From Bacteriovoracia bacterium (lineage in GTDB: Bacteria > Bdellovibrionota > UBA1018 > CAIPTA01), in the NCBI GenBank assembly GCA_050246755.1, contig JBFWVL010000001.1, positions 512,001 to 576,000 of the forward strand: a stretch of DNA of 64,000 nt. Reading direction: 5' to 3'. The notes under the pieces were generated by a model that saw only the letters and a program-made list of their open reading frames with translations, was not told the DNA's origin and ran no database searches. Of the stretch, positions 35,098 to 44,132 are shown piece by piece (position 1 is the stretch's first letter; each line of letters starts with the position of its first letter). Both the position numbers and the translations under genes were made by a program.

Positions 35098-36611
35098 TCC
35101 CGCGCTCCTCCCGCCATCAAAAGACCGATACGGTTCTCGTTAAAATCTCCTTTTAGGAAGGAGCCCACCACTTCTCCGCGGTAGAGCACGAGCAAGCGAT
35201 CAGAAAGTTTCAGCACTTCATCGAGCTCGGAGGAAATAAGCAGAACGCCGGCGCCGGAATTTCGTAGATCGAGGAGCTTGCCGTGGATAAATTCGATGGC
35301 GCCGATATCCACCCCGCGGGTGGGCTGGGCGGCGAGCAAGAACCGCGGACGATCGCCAAGCTCCCGGGCCACCACTAATTTCTGCTGATTCCCGCCACTG
35401 AGGCCGCGCACGATCGCGCCGACATCGGCGGGCCGCACGTCGTATTCCCGGATCGCCGCCTGCGTGGCTGCGGCCACCGCGCCCCGGTTCAATAGCCCTG
35501 CCCGGCGAAATTCGGGCCGGCGGGATTTTCCGAGGAAGAAATTTTCGGTGAGCGGAGAATCCAGCAGAAGGCCCTCCGCCAGGCGGTCTTCGGGGAAAAA
35601 GCCCACGGCCTCGGCCCGCATGCGGCTGCCGTTGAATTTCTCCGCGCGTTTTCCCAGAAGGCTAAGCTCCCCCGAGCCCATTTCGCGGGCCGGATCACGC
35701 AGTAAACGAATCAATTCCGTCTGGCCGTTGCCTTCTACCCCGGCCACGCCGAGAATCTCACCGGCCCGCAGGCGAAAACTTATTTCTTTCAGACGGGAAT
35801 GCTTATCGCGGGGCCTTGCGCCCTTGAGCTCGAGCACGAAGTCGGTGCCTGTCTCTTTTCTCAACGATTCCACCTTCGCGAGCTCGCGGCCAATCATCAA
35901 GCTGGCGATCTCGCCCACGCTCGTGCCCGCGATCTCCCGCTCGGCCACCACGCGGCCGGCACGGAATACGGTCACGCGATCGGCAACATTCATCACTTCC
36001 TTGAGCTTATGAGTAACAATCAGAATCGTTTTCCCTTCGGCGGCCATTTGCTTCAGCGTGCGGAACAGCGAAGCGATCTCCCCCGGCGCGAGCACGGCCG
36101 TGGGCTCATCGAGGATCAGGATCTCGGAGTTCTGGTAGAGCAGTTTGAGGATTTCGATCCTTTGCTGCATGCCCACGGGCAAATCTTCCACCGGGCTATC
36201 GAGCTCCACTTCCATGTGAAAATCGCCGAGCAGTTTTTCTAGCCGCGTCCGCGCGGTTTGGCGGTCTAGCGGCGCCAGCGAAAACGATTTGCTGGCAAGC
36301 AAGATATTTTCCACGGCGGTATGGTTCCCGGCGAGCATGAAGTGCTGGTGCACCATGCCGATGCCGGCGGCGATCGCGTCGGCCGGGGACCGCCAGCATT
36401 TCGCCTCGCCACGCAGAAAAATTTCTCCGGAATCCGGGATGAATTGCCCGAAGAGGATCTTCATCGCCGTGCTTTTACCGGCGCCATTCTCCCCCACGAT
36501 CGCGTGGATCGAGCCCTTCTTAACCGATAAATTCACGAGCTCATTGGCCACGCAGGCCCCGAAGGCCTTCGCGATAGACCGCAGCTCGATCTCGAAATTA
36601 CTTTTTGCCAT
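35094..36611 (-). CDS. Nucleoside ABC transporter ATP-binding protein (two domains)
   Basis: GENGAGKST, GMVHQHFML, LSGGNQQK, AQPTRGVD. Confidence 0.93.
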   Translation of the reverse strand: MAKSNFEIELRSIAKAFGACVANELVNLSVKKGSIHAIVGENGAGKSTAMKILFGQFIPDSGEIFLRGEAKCWRSPADAIAAGIGMVHQHFMLAGNHTAVENILLASKSFSLAPLDRQTARTRLEKLLGDFHMEVELDSPVEDLPVGMQQRIEILKLLYQNSEILILDEPTAVLAPGEIASLFRTLKQMAAEGKTILIVTHKLKEVMNVADRVTVFRAGRVVAEREIAGTSVGEIASLMIGRELAKVESLRKETGTDFVLELKGARPRDKHSRLKEISFRLRAGEILGVAGVEGNGQTELIRLLRDPAREMGSGELSLLGKRAEKFNGSRMRAEAVGFFPEDRLAEGLLLDSPLTENFFLGKSRRPEFRRAGLLNRGAVAAATQAAIREYDVRPADVGAIVRGLSGGNQQKLVVARELGDRPRFLLAAQPTRGVDIGAIEFIHGKLLDLRNSGAGVLLISSELDEVLKLSDRLLVLYRGEVVGSFLKGDFNENRIGLLMAGGARE

Positions 36612-37572
36612 TCTTGTAGAAGTCGGGAACCTGAGTTTTTCCGGCAATGATCTCCGCCTTGATGGCGTCCACTTTCTTCTTCACGTCGGCGCCGATCAAC
36701 TTCTCGTTGTATTTATCAAGCGCATAATCCACGCCTTCGCCTTTGAGGCCGAAACGCTCGGTGCCGCCGGTAAATTTTCCTTCTTTGAGCTCTTTCACTA
36801 CCCGGAACACGGCCACGTCCACGCGCTTGAGCATCGAGGTGAGCACGAAACCGGGCTTCACCCAGTTCTGGTTCGAATCCACGCCGATCGCGAAGAGCTT
36901 CTTTTCCTCGGCGGCGTCGAATAACCCATAGTTGGAAGCTCCGGCCGCGCCGAAGATAATATCCACGCCTTGGCTATACTGCGTAAGCGCGAGCTCCTTG
37001 GCCTTCGCCGGATTATTCCACGCCTCGGAAGAAACGCCGGTATAACTCGTTACGAGTTTTGCCTTAGGATTTACTTTTTTCAGCCCCGCCTCGAATCCCA
37101 TCTGGAAACGGCGGATGAGGGGAACGTCCATGCCGCCGAGAAATCCCACTTGGTTGGTCTTGGTGGTTAAACCCGCGATGGCGCCCACGAGGTAGCTGCC
37201 TTGGTGCTCCTCGAACAGCAGGCTGCGCACGTTCGGCAATTTTACTTCTCCGTCTACGAGGGCGAAGTGGAGCTTGGGATACTGGGTAGCTACTTTTTTC
37301 GTGGCTTCGGCCATCGCGAATCCGATGCCGATGATGAGGTCGAAATTTTTCTGGGCGAAGGAGCGCATGGTGGTTTCGATCGCGCCGTCGTCGGTGGCTT
37401 CCACGTATTTCAGTTGAATGCCGAGCTCTTCTTTGGCCTTGGCGGCCCCGGCATAAGCGGCGGCGTTAAAGGATTTATCATCGCGCCCGCCTTTGTCTAA
37501 AATTAGGGCCACCTTTAGATCGGCGGCAAAAGAAGTGGAGGCCAGGAGGAAAAATAAGCAAAAGATTTTCAT
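36598..37572 (-). CDS. BMP-family nucleoside-binding protein
   Basis: GGRDDKSFN, AIGVDSNQ, TSMLKRVD. Confidence 0.92.
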   Translation of the reverse strand: MKIFCLFFLLASTSFAADLKVALILDKGGRDDKSFNAAAYAGAAKAKEELGIQLKYVEATDDGAIETTMRSFAQKNFDLIIGIGFAMAEATKKVATQYPKLHFALVDGEVKLPNVRSLLFEEHQGSYLVGAIAGLTTKTNQVGFLGGMDVPLIRRFQMGFEAGLKKVNPKAKLVTSYTGVSSEAWNNPAKAKELALTQYSQGVDIIFGAAGASNYGLFDAAEEKKLFAIGVDSNQNWVKPGFVLTSMLKRVDVAVFRVVKELKEGKFTGGTERFGLKGEGVDYALDKYNEKLIGADVKKKVDAIKAEIIAGKTQVPDFYKNGKK

Positions 37573-37724
37573 GCAGCAAAATTATCCAGATACTTGGGGA
37601 ACGGCAAGAGAAATGCCGGGCGATTTCGCCAGGCTCAAAATAGCCATAAAAACCATAGGTATCAATCACTTAAGCCATATAGCTTTCCCGGGCTAAGGGC
37701 GCTATCCTAAAGGTAGAGGTACCT

Positions 37725-38057
37725 ATGCGTAATTTTCTTTTAATGGCTCTTTCACTTATCGCCTTTCCCGCCTTCGCCGGAAATACGATCGACGACATGC
37801 TCACGGTGAAAAAGGTGGAAGGCCAGCAAGCCGTGCTCGAAGGAAAAACCGCAGGTCTGAAAGCCGGAGACAAGCTTTACTACTACCGCTCGCCCTTTCA
37901 ATTCGCGGTAACGGCCGTGAATGGAAATCAGGTTACGGTGGCGCTTCCCGCCAATAGCGAAATCACCGCCGGGCAAAACATGGTGCGCCAGCCCACCGAC
38001 TCCATGAAGAAAGCCATGGACACGGAAGAGAAGCTGAAAAAAGCTCTCGAAGAATAA
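37725..38057 (+). CDS. Small secreted hypothetical protein
   Basis: GAGG RBS, signal peptide. Confidence 0.65.
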   Translation: MRNFLLMALSLIAFPAFAGNTIDDMLTVKKVEGQQAVLEGKTAGLKAGDKLYYYRSPFQFAVTAVNGNQVTVALPANSEITAGQNMVRQPTDSMKKAMDTEEKLKKALEE

Positions 38058-38059
38058 AT

Positions 38060-40360
38060 CTAGACGGCGCGATCCGCGCTGCGCACGCGTTCCCCGCGAT
38101 ATACGGGCCAAATCACCATGCACACGATATACATCGCGAGCTGGCCGAGCACGGAGATCCAGGCGATGCCTTTGAGCATTCCGGCCTCGGCGAAAAATAG
38201 CGAGCCAAAGCCGATGATCGTAGTGAGCGCCGAAAGCTGAACCGCCTGGGCCACGAAACGCGCCGAAGGCAGGGCCCCAAATCCTTCGCGTTCCCGGTGG
38301 CGTACGTGCACGCCCATATCGATGCCCGCGCCGAGCACGGCCGGTACCATCGCGATATTGAGGATCGAAAAACGCACGCCCACGAGCCCCATGAACGCCA
38401 CGAGCAAGAAAATGCCCGTGATCAGTTGCAGCTCTAAGTCCAGCGCATCGAGGAGATTGCGGAAATCGAGGCCCATCACGAAGAATGCGCCCGCCAGGAA
38501 AACGAGCAGGATGATCACACCATCGTGGGTGATATGATCAAGAATTTCGGCAAAGATCCGCACGTCGCTGCCGATGCGTGCACCCGGAAACTTCGCCCGG
38601 GCCTCGGCGAGCAAAGAAGCAAAGCCGCGCAAATTCGCGGCCTGATCGAGATCCTTCGCCGCGTAGGCCAGCACGATGAATCCGCTCTTGCCGAAGGCAT
38701 CGTTTAGCTGAGGAGGAAGATCGCGGCGGGTATAGGGCTTGGCGGCCAGAAGCTGGCGCACGTCGGCGGCGGCCATGCCGGATTTCTCGCTCAATTCCTG
38801 ATCGGTAAGCCGCCCGAGCCGCGATTCCACGCGCTCGATTTCATCGAGCCGGTCGGCCATATCTCGCGGCAGCACGCGCTGGATGGAAATAGCGTCCTGA
38901 ATGATCTCTTTGCGCAGTGGATCGCGCAGCCAGCTTTCTAGTTGGCGGGCTTGGGTGAGATCCTTGGCCAAAATAGCGGCGGGGGTGAAGGAACGCCCGA
39001 AGATATCATTCACGAACTGGTTTCGCTCCCGGGTTTCCTTCGAGAGGTTATGCATGCGCTTGAAATCATATTCAAACTCGGCATGCCATGCGCCCCAAAG
39101 GCAGAGCAGCAGGAAGGGCGGGATAACCCACCGCAGCTTGGGACCGATCGGATAGAAGGAGAAGATCTCCCGCACTTGGCCGAAGCGGGGTGCGGCGCCG
39201 ATCACGAAAACCATCGCCGGGAATACCAATAGGTAAACAAGATAAATAGAGAGAACGCCCACGCCCGCGATTTTTCCTAACTCGGAAAATCCACGAAAAT
39301 CGCTGAACGACAAAATAAGAAAAGCCGCCGCCGAGGTGATGGCCGCCGAGCCAAGCGCGCGGCCGGTTTGCAGGTAGGCATGCTCGAGCGCGCTTTCGCG
39401 GGAATGCCCGGAAGTCAGTTCCTGATAGTAGCGGCGGATCAGGTGAACTCCATATTCCACCCCCAGGCCACCGAGGATGGCGAGCAAGAAACCCGTGAGA
39501 ATATTGATTTGCCCCACGAGCAGGCGCGCGGCACCGAGAGTCCAGGCCATCGCCACGCTCACGGCCAATACGGTGAGCACCGAGCCGCGCACCGAGCCGA
39601 GCCCGAAGATTAGGGCGAGGGCCACCCCCACCAGGGATATCCACGAGGTGAAACCGATATCGCGCTCGATTTGTTTGGTGTCGTTCACCTTATCGATATA
39701 GCGGCCCACGAGCTGGAGCGGCAGCCCGGGATCGCTGAGCTTTAGCTTGGCGCCCACCTCTTCCACCAGCTTGGTGGAGCGGCCTAAGTCTTCCGAATCG
39801 AAGGTGGGCTTGGCGAGCAGCATGGCGTAGCGCTTATCCGCCGAAAGAAAAAAGCGCTCGCCCTTTGCGTCGCCCAATTTCTTCAGGCGAGCCTTGGCGC
39901 GCCGTAAGTTCTGCTGGCGGTCTCTTTCGGTTTCGAGGCCGAGGTCGATGAGGCCGCGTTTGCCGTTATTGAGAATGATCTTTCCGGCATCGAGCACTTC
40001 TTCGAAATCTTTTTCGGGCAGCAGATAGAGCGCTCTATCCCGCAGGGAATATTCCTCGCGCTCGTAGAACGTATAGCGGATCTCGGGATTCTCTTTCAGC
40101 TGCGCCGCGATTTTCGGCAGGTCTTGCTCGGGGTGCTCTTTGGGTCCTACGAGCACGATCAGGTAGCCCACGCCCCCTACCTCTTTCGATACGGCGTTGA
40201 GGTCCACCACGCTTTCGCGGTTTTCGGGCAAAAGATCGGCGAGTGAAAGGCGGATCGGCAAGTCGAGCCCGTGGCTCATGCCGAGCGCGGCGAGAGCGAG
40301 AGCCAGGAGAAGGCCTACCCAGCGGTAGCGAATATTCAGGCGAAGGATTCGTTCAAACAC
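38060..40360 (-). CDS. MMPL/RND family transporter
   Basis: GLGVEYGVHL and GAGIDMGVHV TM motifs, LTTIIGFGSL. Confidence 0.85.
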   Translation of the reverse strand: MFERILRLNIRYRWVGLLLALALAALGMSHGLDLPIRLSLADLLPENRESVVDLNAVSKEVGGVGYLIVLVGPKEHPEQDLPKIAAQLKENPEIRYTFYEREEYSLRDRALYLLPEKDFEEVLDAGKIILNNGKRGLIDLGLETERDRQQNLRRAKARLKKLGDAKGERFFLSADKRYAMLLAKPTFDSEDLGRSTKLVEEVGAKLKLSDPGLPLQLVGRYIDKVNDTKQIERDIGFTSWISLVGVALALIFGLGSVRGSVLTVLAVSVAMAWTLGAARLLVGQINILTGFLLAILGGLGVEYGVHLIRRYYQELTSGHSRESALEHAYLQTGRALGSAAITSAAAFLILSFSDFRGFSELGKIAGVGVLSIYLVYLLVFPAMVFVIGAAPRFGQVREIFSFYPIGPKLRWVIPPFLLLCLWGAWHAEFEYDFKRMHNLSKETRERNQFVNDIFGRSFTPAAILAKDLTQARQLESWLRDPLRKEIIQDAISIQRVLPRDMADRLDEIERVESRLGRLTDQELSEKSGMAAADVRQLLAAKPYTRRDLPPQLNDAFGKSGFIVLAYAAKDLDQAANLRGFASLLAEARAKFPGARIGSDVRIFAEILDHITHDGVIILLVFLAGAFFVMGLDFRNLLDALDLELQLITGIFLLVAFMGLVGVRFSILNIAMVPAVLGAGIDMGVHVRHREREGFGALPSARFVAQAVQLSALTTIIGFGSLFFAEAGMLKGIAWISVLGQLAMYIVCMVIWPVYRGERVRSADRAV

Positions 40361-40381
40361 GGCCCCAAGCTACCACCAAAG

Positions 40382-41281
40382 TTAGCGAAAGAGCAGAGGC
40401 AAAGTGATGGCCGTGCCGCTCCGCGCACGCGGAAAGCGGAGCGTAGAAAAGGATCTAAGCAGCTCTTTGCGTACGTGTTTCTCGCCCAGTGGATCCGCGT
40501 TCACGGGCACCAGGGTATCGGCCAGAATTTTTTCCAGCTTCGCGGCTCCACTGGAACTCACGCTCAGGCGCAAGCTGAGAATCCCATGCCACCGCCCGTA
40601 CGGAGCGAGCGCGTGCACGAAGTTTCCGACCGCTTCGTCCAATACCGGCGCCACCTGCCGCGCCGTCAGCGCGCCCTCGAGGTAAGGCTTAGGATCCGTG
40701 AACCACCCGTGAATCACCAGCCTGGCTTCACGTGGATCCTGGGTGCCGGTTACCGGCGTTACCCCATGGGGAAAGCGCGGATCGAAAACCACGAGGCGAT
40801 TAAATCGAGGCTGGATACGGTCCACAAAGCTTTTGATTTCCCTGTCCTGAGAATCCTGGAAGTTTTGCCAATAGTTTAGAGTTTCGGGCTTTAAGATCAG
40901 GGTTTCGCCCCCCCGGAATACCTGCTTTTGGGAGGAAAGAGAAAATACGTAAGCCCAGGGACCATGCGGCACATCCGAGTGCAGCTTTTGCTCGCAGCCT
41001 TCCACGTAGTAGCTCAGCCAGGGCGGCGTGAGCGCCGTGCAGCCCAGGGTTTCCCGGGCCCAACTCCCGAGGCGGCCAAGAAAGGAGCGAAAGATTTTCT
41101 GCGGGAAAAACGAAGCCGCGGGGGTGCGCACGAGGGTGTATTGATCGGGCACATGCCAATAGTCCCATACGAAGCGATCGCTGCGGGCCGCCCGGGGATT
41201 CTTAAAACGTTCCTCGAATACTCCGCGCATTGCTTTGGCTTCGGCGGCAAAACCGTCTTGTACCCAAAAGTGCTTTTTCAT
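40382..41281 (-). CDS. 2OG-Fe(II) oxygenase with extra C-terminal domain
   Basis: LHSD, RGGET, PHGVTPV, RLVIHGWF. Confidence 0.8.
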   Translation of the reverse strand: MKKHFWVQDGFAAEAKAMRGVFEERFKNPRAARSDRFVWDYWHVPDQYTLVRTPAASFFPQKIFRSFLGRLGSWARETLGCTALTPPWLSYYVEGCEQKLHSDVPHGPWAYVFSLSSQKQVFRGGETLILKPETLNYWQNFQDSQDREIKSFVDRIQPRFNRLVVFDPRFPHGVTPVTGTQDPREARLVIHGWFTDPKPYLEGALTARQVAPVLDEAVGNFVHALAPYGRWHGILSLRLSVSSSGAAKLEKILADTLVPVNADPLGEKHVRKELLRSFSTLRFPRARSGTAITLPLLFR

Positions 41282-41323
41282 GGGCCTCTTCTACCATACT
41301 CCGTGTAAAGGCGCTTTCTGGTT

Positions 41324-41350
41324 TAATGCGCCAGGGGGGCCCGCCGATAA
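41324..41350 (+). promoter_or_regulatory. sigma28-type promoter TAAT-N15-GCCGATAA
   Basis: Perfect -10, 6 nt before ATG 41357. Confidence 0.7.
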
Positions 41351-41356
41351 GATAAG

Positions 41357-42865
41357 ATGGGAATTTTATTACTGCTATTACTGAGCCCAACGGTTTTCGC
41401 CCAGCCCGATTGCATAGACTGTGACCGCCGGCCGGCGCTGCAGGAACCGGTGGTAAGCCTCGGGCGAACGATCGCGGAAAAAGTGGACCCGGGCTTCTGC
41501 GAGGAACAGATCCGAATGGCGGCGCGGAACGATATCGAAGCCCTGCAGTCGGCCGTGAAAGAACTGAATACCACGCTGAAAGTATATGCCGAAGCCAGTC
41601 CGCTCCTCGAAGCCGCTTACAAAAAATTCGAAAACCTTCCCTCTTCCGGGAATCTCAACTGCGGCCAGGTGGAAGACGTGCGCTTCGCCGGCGATGCGCT
41701 TCGTTACCGCCATACGCAAGCGCAAAAATCGATCGATTTCTACGTGGACTACGCCAAGGCGGTAGCGGAAATTAAGGAGCCTTTTTCGATAAAAGAAATT
41801 ACCGAGAAGGCTCTCTGCATCCAGGCCTGCGTGCAGAAAAACGGCGGGTCCGACTCTAAACTCACCGCCGAGCATCCCTGCGCCGTGAGCTGCCGGGCGG
41901 GCGCAGACCTGCTCGCCGAAACTGGGTCGGCGGCGGTGAGCCGCGTGCTGCTGCAGCCCGCTTGCCTCCAACCCGAATACGGCACGATCAAACCCGGGGA
42001 AGCGCTTGCGCTCGCGAAACGCCTCAAAGAAGAAGAAAAGAAAAGTGTGCAGGCGCTGATGGAGGCCTGGCAAGAAAACCAAAAAGCGGTCGAGCGAGCC
42101 CAGGCTTTAACGAAGAAAAGATCTGAGGCCGTGGAAGCAGCCTTGCAGAAAATCTCCGGGCGAGTATGCACTTTGGAAAAAATTCTGCCGGCGCTCCAAG
42201 AAGCCACTTCGCTGGCGCGGGCGCCCGATACTATGTACCAAGGTACCGGTTTCCATTTTTCGGCGCAGGGAAAGCATTTCTTTGCCTCCGCCCAGCACGT
42301 TACGGGCAGCGGTGAGGACAAATACGACGAGGAGCTGCATTCCCTCGTAATCGACTATAATCCGGAGCTTCACTTTTTTCCTCGCGCCGTGGAGCGCTTT
42401 GATTTCGCCGCGGATGCAGTAATTAAGGAAATCAAATCCACGAAGGCGCCCCTTCGCCTAGTGGACGCCAAAAAGAAGCCCGCGCCGGGCCAGAACTTCT
42501 ATCTCGCGGGCTTCCCCGGAATCCGCGGCAGCAAGTTTTCCACTTTTCGCTGCCGCTTTTTAGGTTACGGGGAAAATGTCAGAGGGGGCAGCGCTTACCT
42601 CCTCCACTGCCCCGCGGATGGATTTCTCGACGGCCTCTCCGGGGGCCCAGCGGTGGATGAAGAGGGAAGGGTTTGGGGAATCGTTTCAAACCACGCGGAA
42701 CGAGCCGACGTGGTTTCCGTGGCTCCCCTTGCGGAAGGGCCCGGCGGGAAGCCCGTGATTGGAATCCAGGGAACCTTTCTCTCGGATCTCTGCTACGGTT
42801 CCATCAAGGAGCTCGATCCGCCGCACCGCTGCCAGATCTTTCCCGGTTCCCGCGAGCAATATTAG
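41357..42865 (+). CDS. Secreted trypsin-like serine protease with Cys-rich helical N-terminal region
   Basis: GTGF, ASAQHV (His), DAVI (Asp), GFP, GLSGGP (Ser). Confidence 0.75.
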   Translation: MGILLLLLLSPTVFAQPDCIDCDRRPALQEPVVSLGRTIAEKVDPGFCEEQIRMAARNDIEALQSAVKELNTTLKVYAEASPLLEAAYKKFENLPSSGNLNCGQVEDVRFAGDALRYRHTQAQKSIDFYVDYAKAVAEIKEPFSIKEITEKALCIQACVQKNGGSDSKLTAEHPCAVSCRAGADLLAETGSAAVSRVLLQPACLQPEYGTIKPGEALALAKRLKEEEKKSVQALMEAWQENQKAVERAQALTKKRSEAVEAALQKISGRVCTLEKILPALQEATSLARAPDTMYQGTGFHFSAQGKHFFASAQHVTGSGEDKYDEELHSLVIDYNPELHFFPRAVERFDFAADAVIKEIKSTKAPLRLVDAKKKPAPGQNFYLAGFPGIRGSKFSTFRCRFLGYGENVRGGSAYLLHCPADGFLDGLSGGPAVDEEGRVWGIVSNHAERADVVSVAPLAEGPGGKPVIGIQGTFLSDLCYGSIKELDPPHRCQIFPGSREQY

Positions 42866-42880
42866 CCGTCCGGAAACCGA

Positions 42881-42906
42881 ACGAAATTTGCGGCGCCGCA
42901 AATTTC
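42881..42906. repeat. 26-bp repeat containing the perfect 24-bp palindrome GAAATTTGCGGCGCCGCAAATTTC (intergenic copy)
   Basis: Identical to 54884-54909 inside the HNH gene. Confidence 0.9.
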
Positions 42907-42910
42907 TGCT

Positions 42911-43609
42911 CTACTCGATCTCGTAGTCTACGGCTACGTTCGAGGTAACCGAAATCTCTCCCGCCGAAACCACCGTGGCGTCCGCCACCGAAGACCTTGC
43001 CATCTTCTGCATCTCCATCATCGGCCGGTAGGGCTGGTAGTTCACGGAGCTGTCCGAAATTCTTAGCACGCCCCGGATCGGCTTCTTGGCGAAGCGGGCG
43101 AGGGCTTCCCCGCGGGCCTGGGCATTCTTCATCGCGAGCTCGAGCGCCTGCACTTCCACTTCCTTGCGTTTTTCGGTATCGAACGTGAGGCCCTGGAGCT
43201 GCACCGAAACATCTTCCGTGCCCTTCCCCACTAGACCATCGAGCATATCGCCGAGCTTCTCAAGCTTGCGATAGGTGATGGCGAGGCCGTGGTCCACGGT
43301 ATAGCCGAGAAAATTCTGCCTATTGTTCTCGTAGGAGTACTCGGGATTCACGCGAAAACCGGAGGTTTGAATGTCCTTGGCATCGATTTTCAGCTCGCTT
43401 TTCAGCAGCTCCATCACGCGCGCCATTTCCTTGGCGTTCTTCGCTTGCGCGGCCTTTGCGTCGCGGGCCTTGGTATGAACCTGCAGCTGAACGTTCACGA
43501 GGTCGGGTTTCACTTTGATTTCACCCTCCCCCCTCACCGAAACGTAGTGAAAGTTCTCGGCGGCAAAAGTGGTGGAAGAAAGAAGCACAAGAAATAGAAA
43601 TTTGTTCAT
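42911..43609 (-). CDS. SIMPL domain (DUF541) protein
   Basis: VSVRGEGEIKVKPD, DIQTS..RVNPEY, ALELAMKNAQARGEALA. Confidence 0.88.
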   Translation of the reverse strand: MNKFLFLVLLSSTTFAAENFHYVSVRGEGEIKVKPDLVNVQLQVHTKARDAKAAQAKNAKEMARVMELLKSELKIDAKDIQTSGFRVNPEYSYENNRQNFLGYTVDHGLAITYRKLEKLGDMLDGLVGKGTEDVSVQLQGLTFDTEKRKEVEVQALELAMKNAQARGEALARFAKKPIRGVLRISDSSVNYQPYRPMMEMQKMARSSVADATVVSAGEISVTSNVAVDYEIE

Positions 43610-43684
43610 GCCTAAATAGCAACAGAGACGCGGCGCGATCGTCAAGAGAGCCGAGGAAAAGGGATCGCACAAGTGGTGCGGAAA

Positions 43685-43810
43685 TTAATAGGAGGAGCGA
43701 AGGCGGGCGGGAGCACGGCGCTTCAACGCCCTACGGGCCATGTTGGCTCGGGCGATCATCACCAGGGCACAGGCAAAAGTTTCGACTACGATGGAAAATC
43801 CACGTTGCAT
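43685..43810 (-). CDS. Possible 41-aa small protein
   Basis: MQRGFSIVVETFACALVMIARANMARRALKRRAPARLRSSY fills an otherwise empty gap. Confidence 0.3.
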   Translation of the reverse strand: MQRGFSIVVETFACALVMIARANMARRALKRRAPARLRSSY

Positions 43811-43871
43811 GGGTGGGTTAATATCTCTAAACCCCATATACCGTCAACTGGCAATTGCGTCTTAGCGAAGC

Positions 43872-44081
43872 TTAGCTATCGCCCTGCTGAAGTTTCTCGC
43901 GGCGGGTATTGAGGTGTTCGTTGAGTTTCTTAGAAAGACCGTAGCAGCGCTCGAGCCGCTCGAGCATGGGGGAGTTTTCCTGCTCGCGGGCTTCTTCCAC
44001 CAGGGAGTGAAGGGTGATGTAGAGCGCCCCCAGGGGGGAGGCGATATCGTGGAGGAATTTTCTTTCTTCGTTGATTTGCAT
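43872..44081 (-). CDS. Stand-alone HisKA/DHp-like small protein
   Basis: KFLHDIASPL H-box, two helices, no ATPase domain. Confidence 0.65.
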   Translation of the reverse strand: MQINEERKFLHDIASPLGALYITLHSLVEEAREQENSPMLERLERCYGLSKKLNEHLNTRREKLQQGDS

Positions 44082-44132
44082 GGGGCCTACTTCAATCCAG
44101 TTTGTCGGTAATTTCCAGCAAATTTTCACTTC

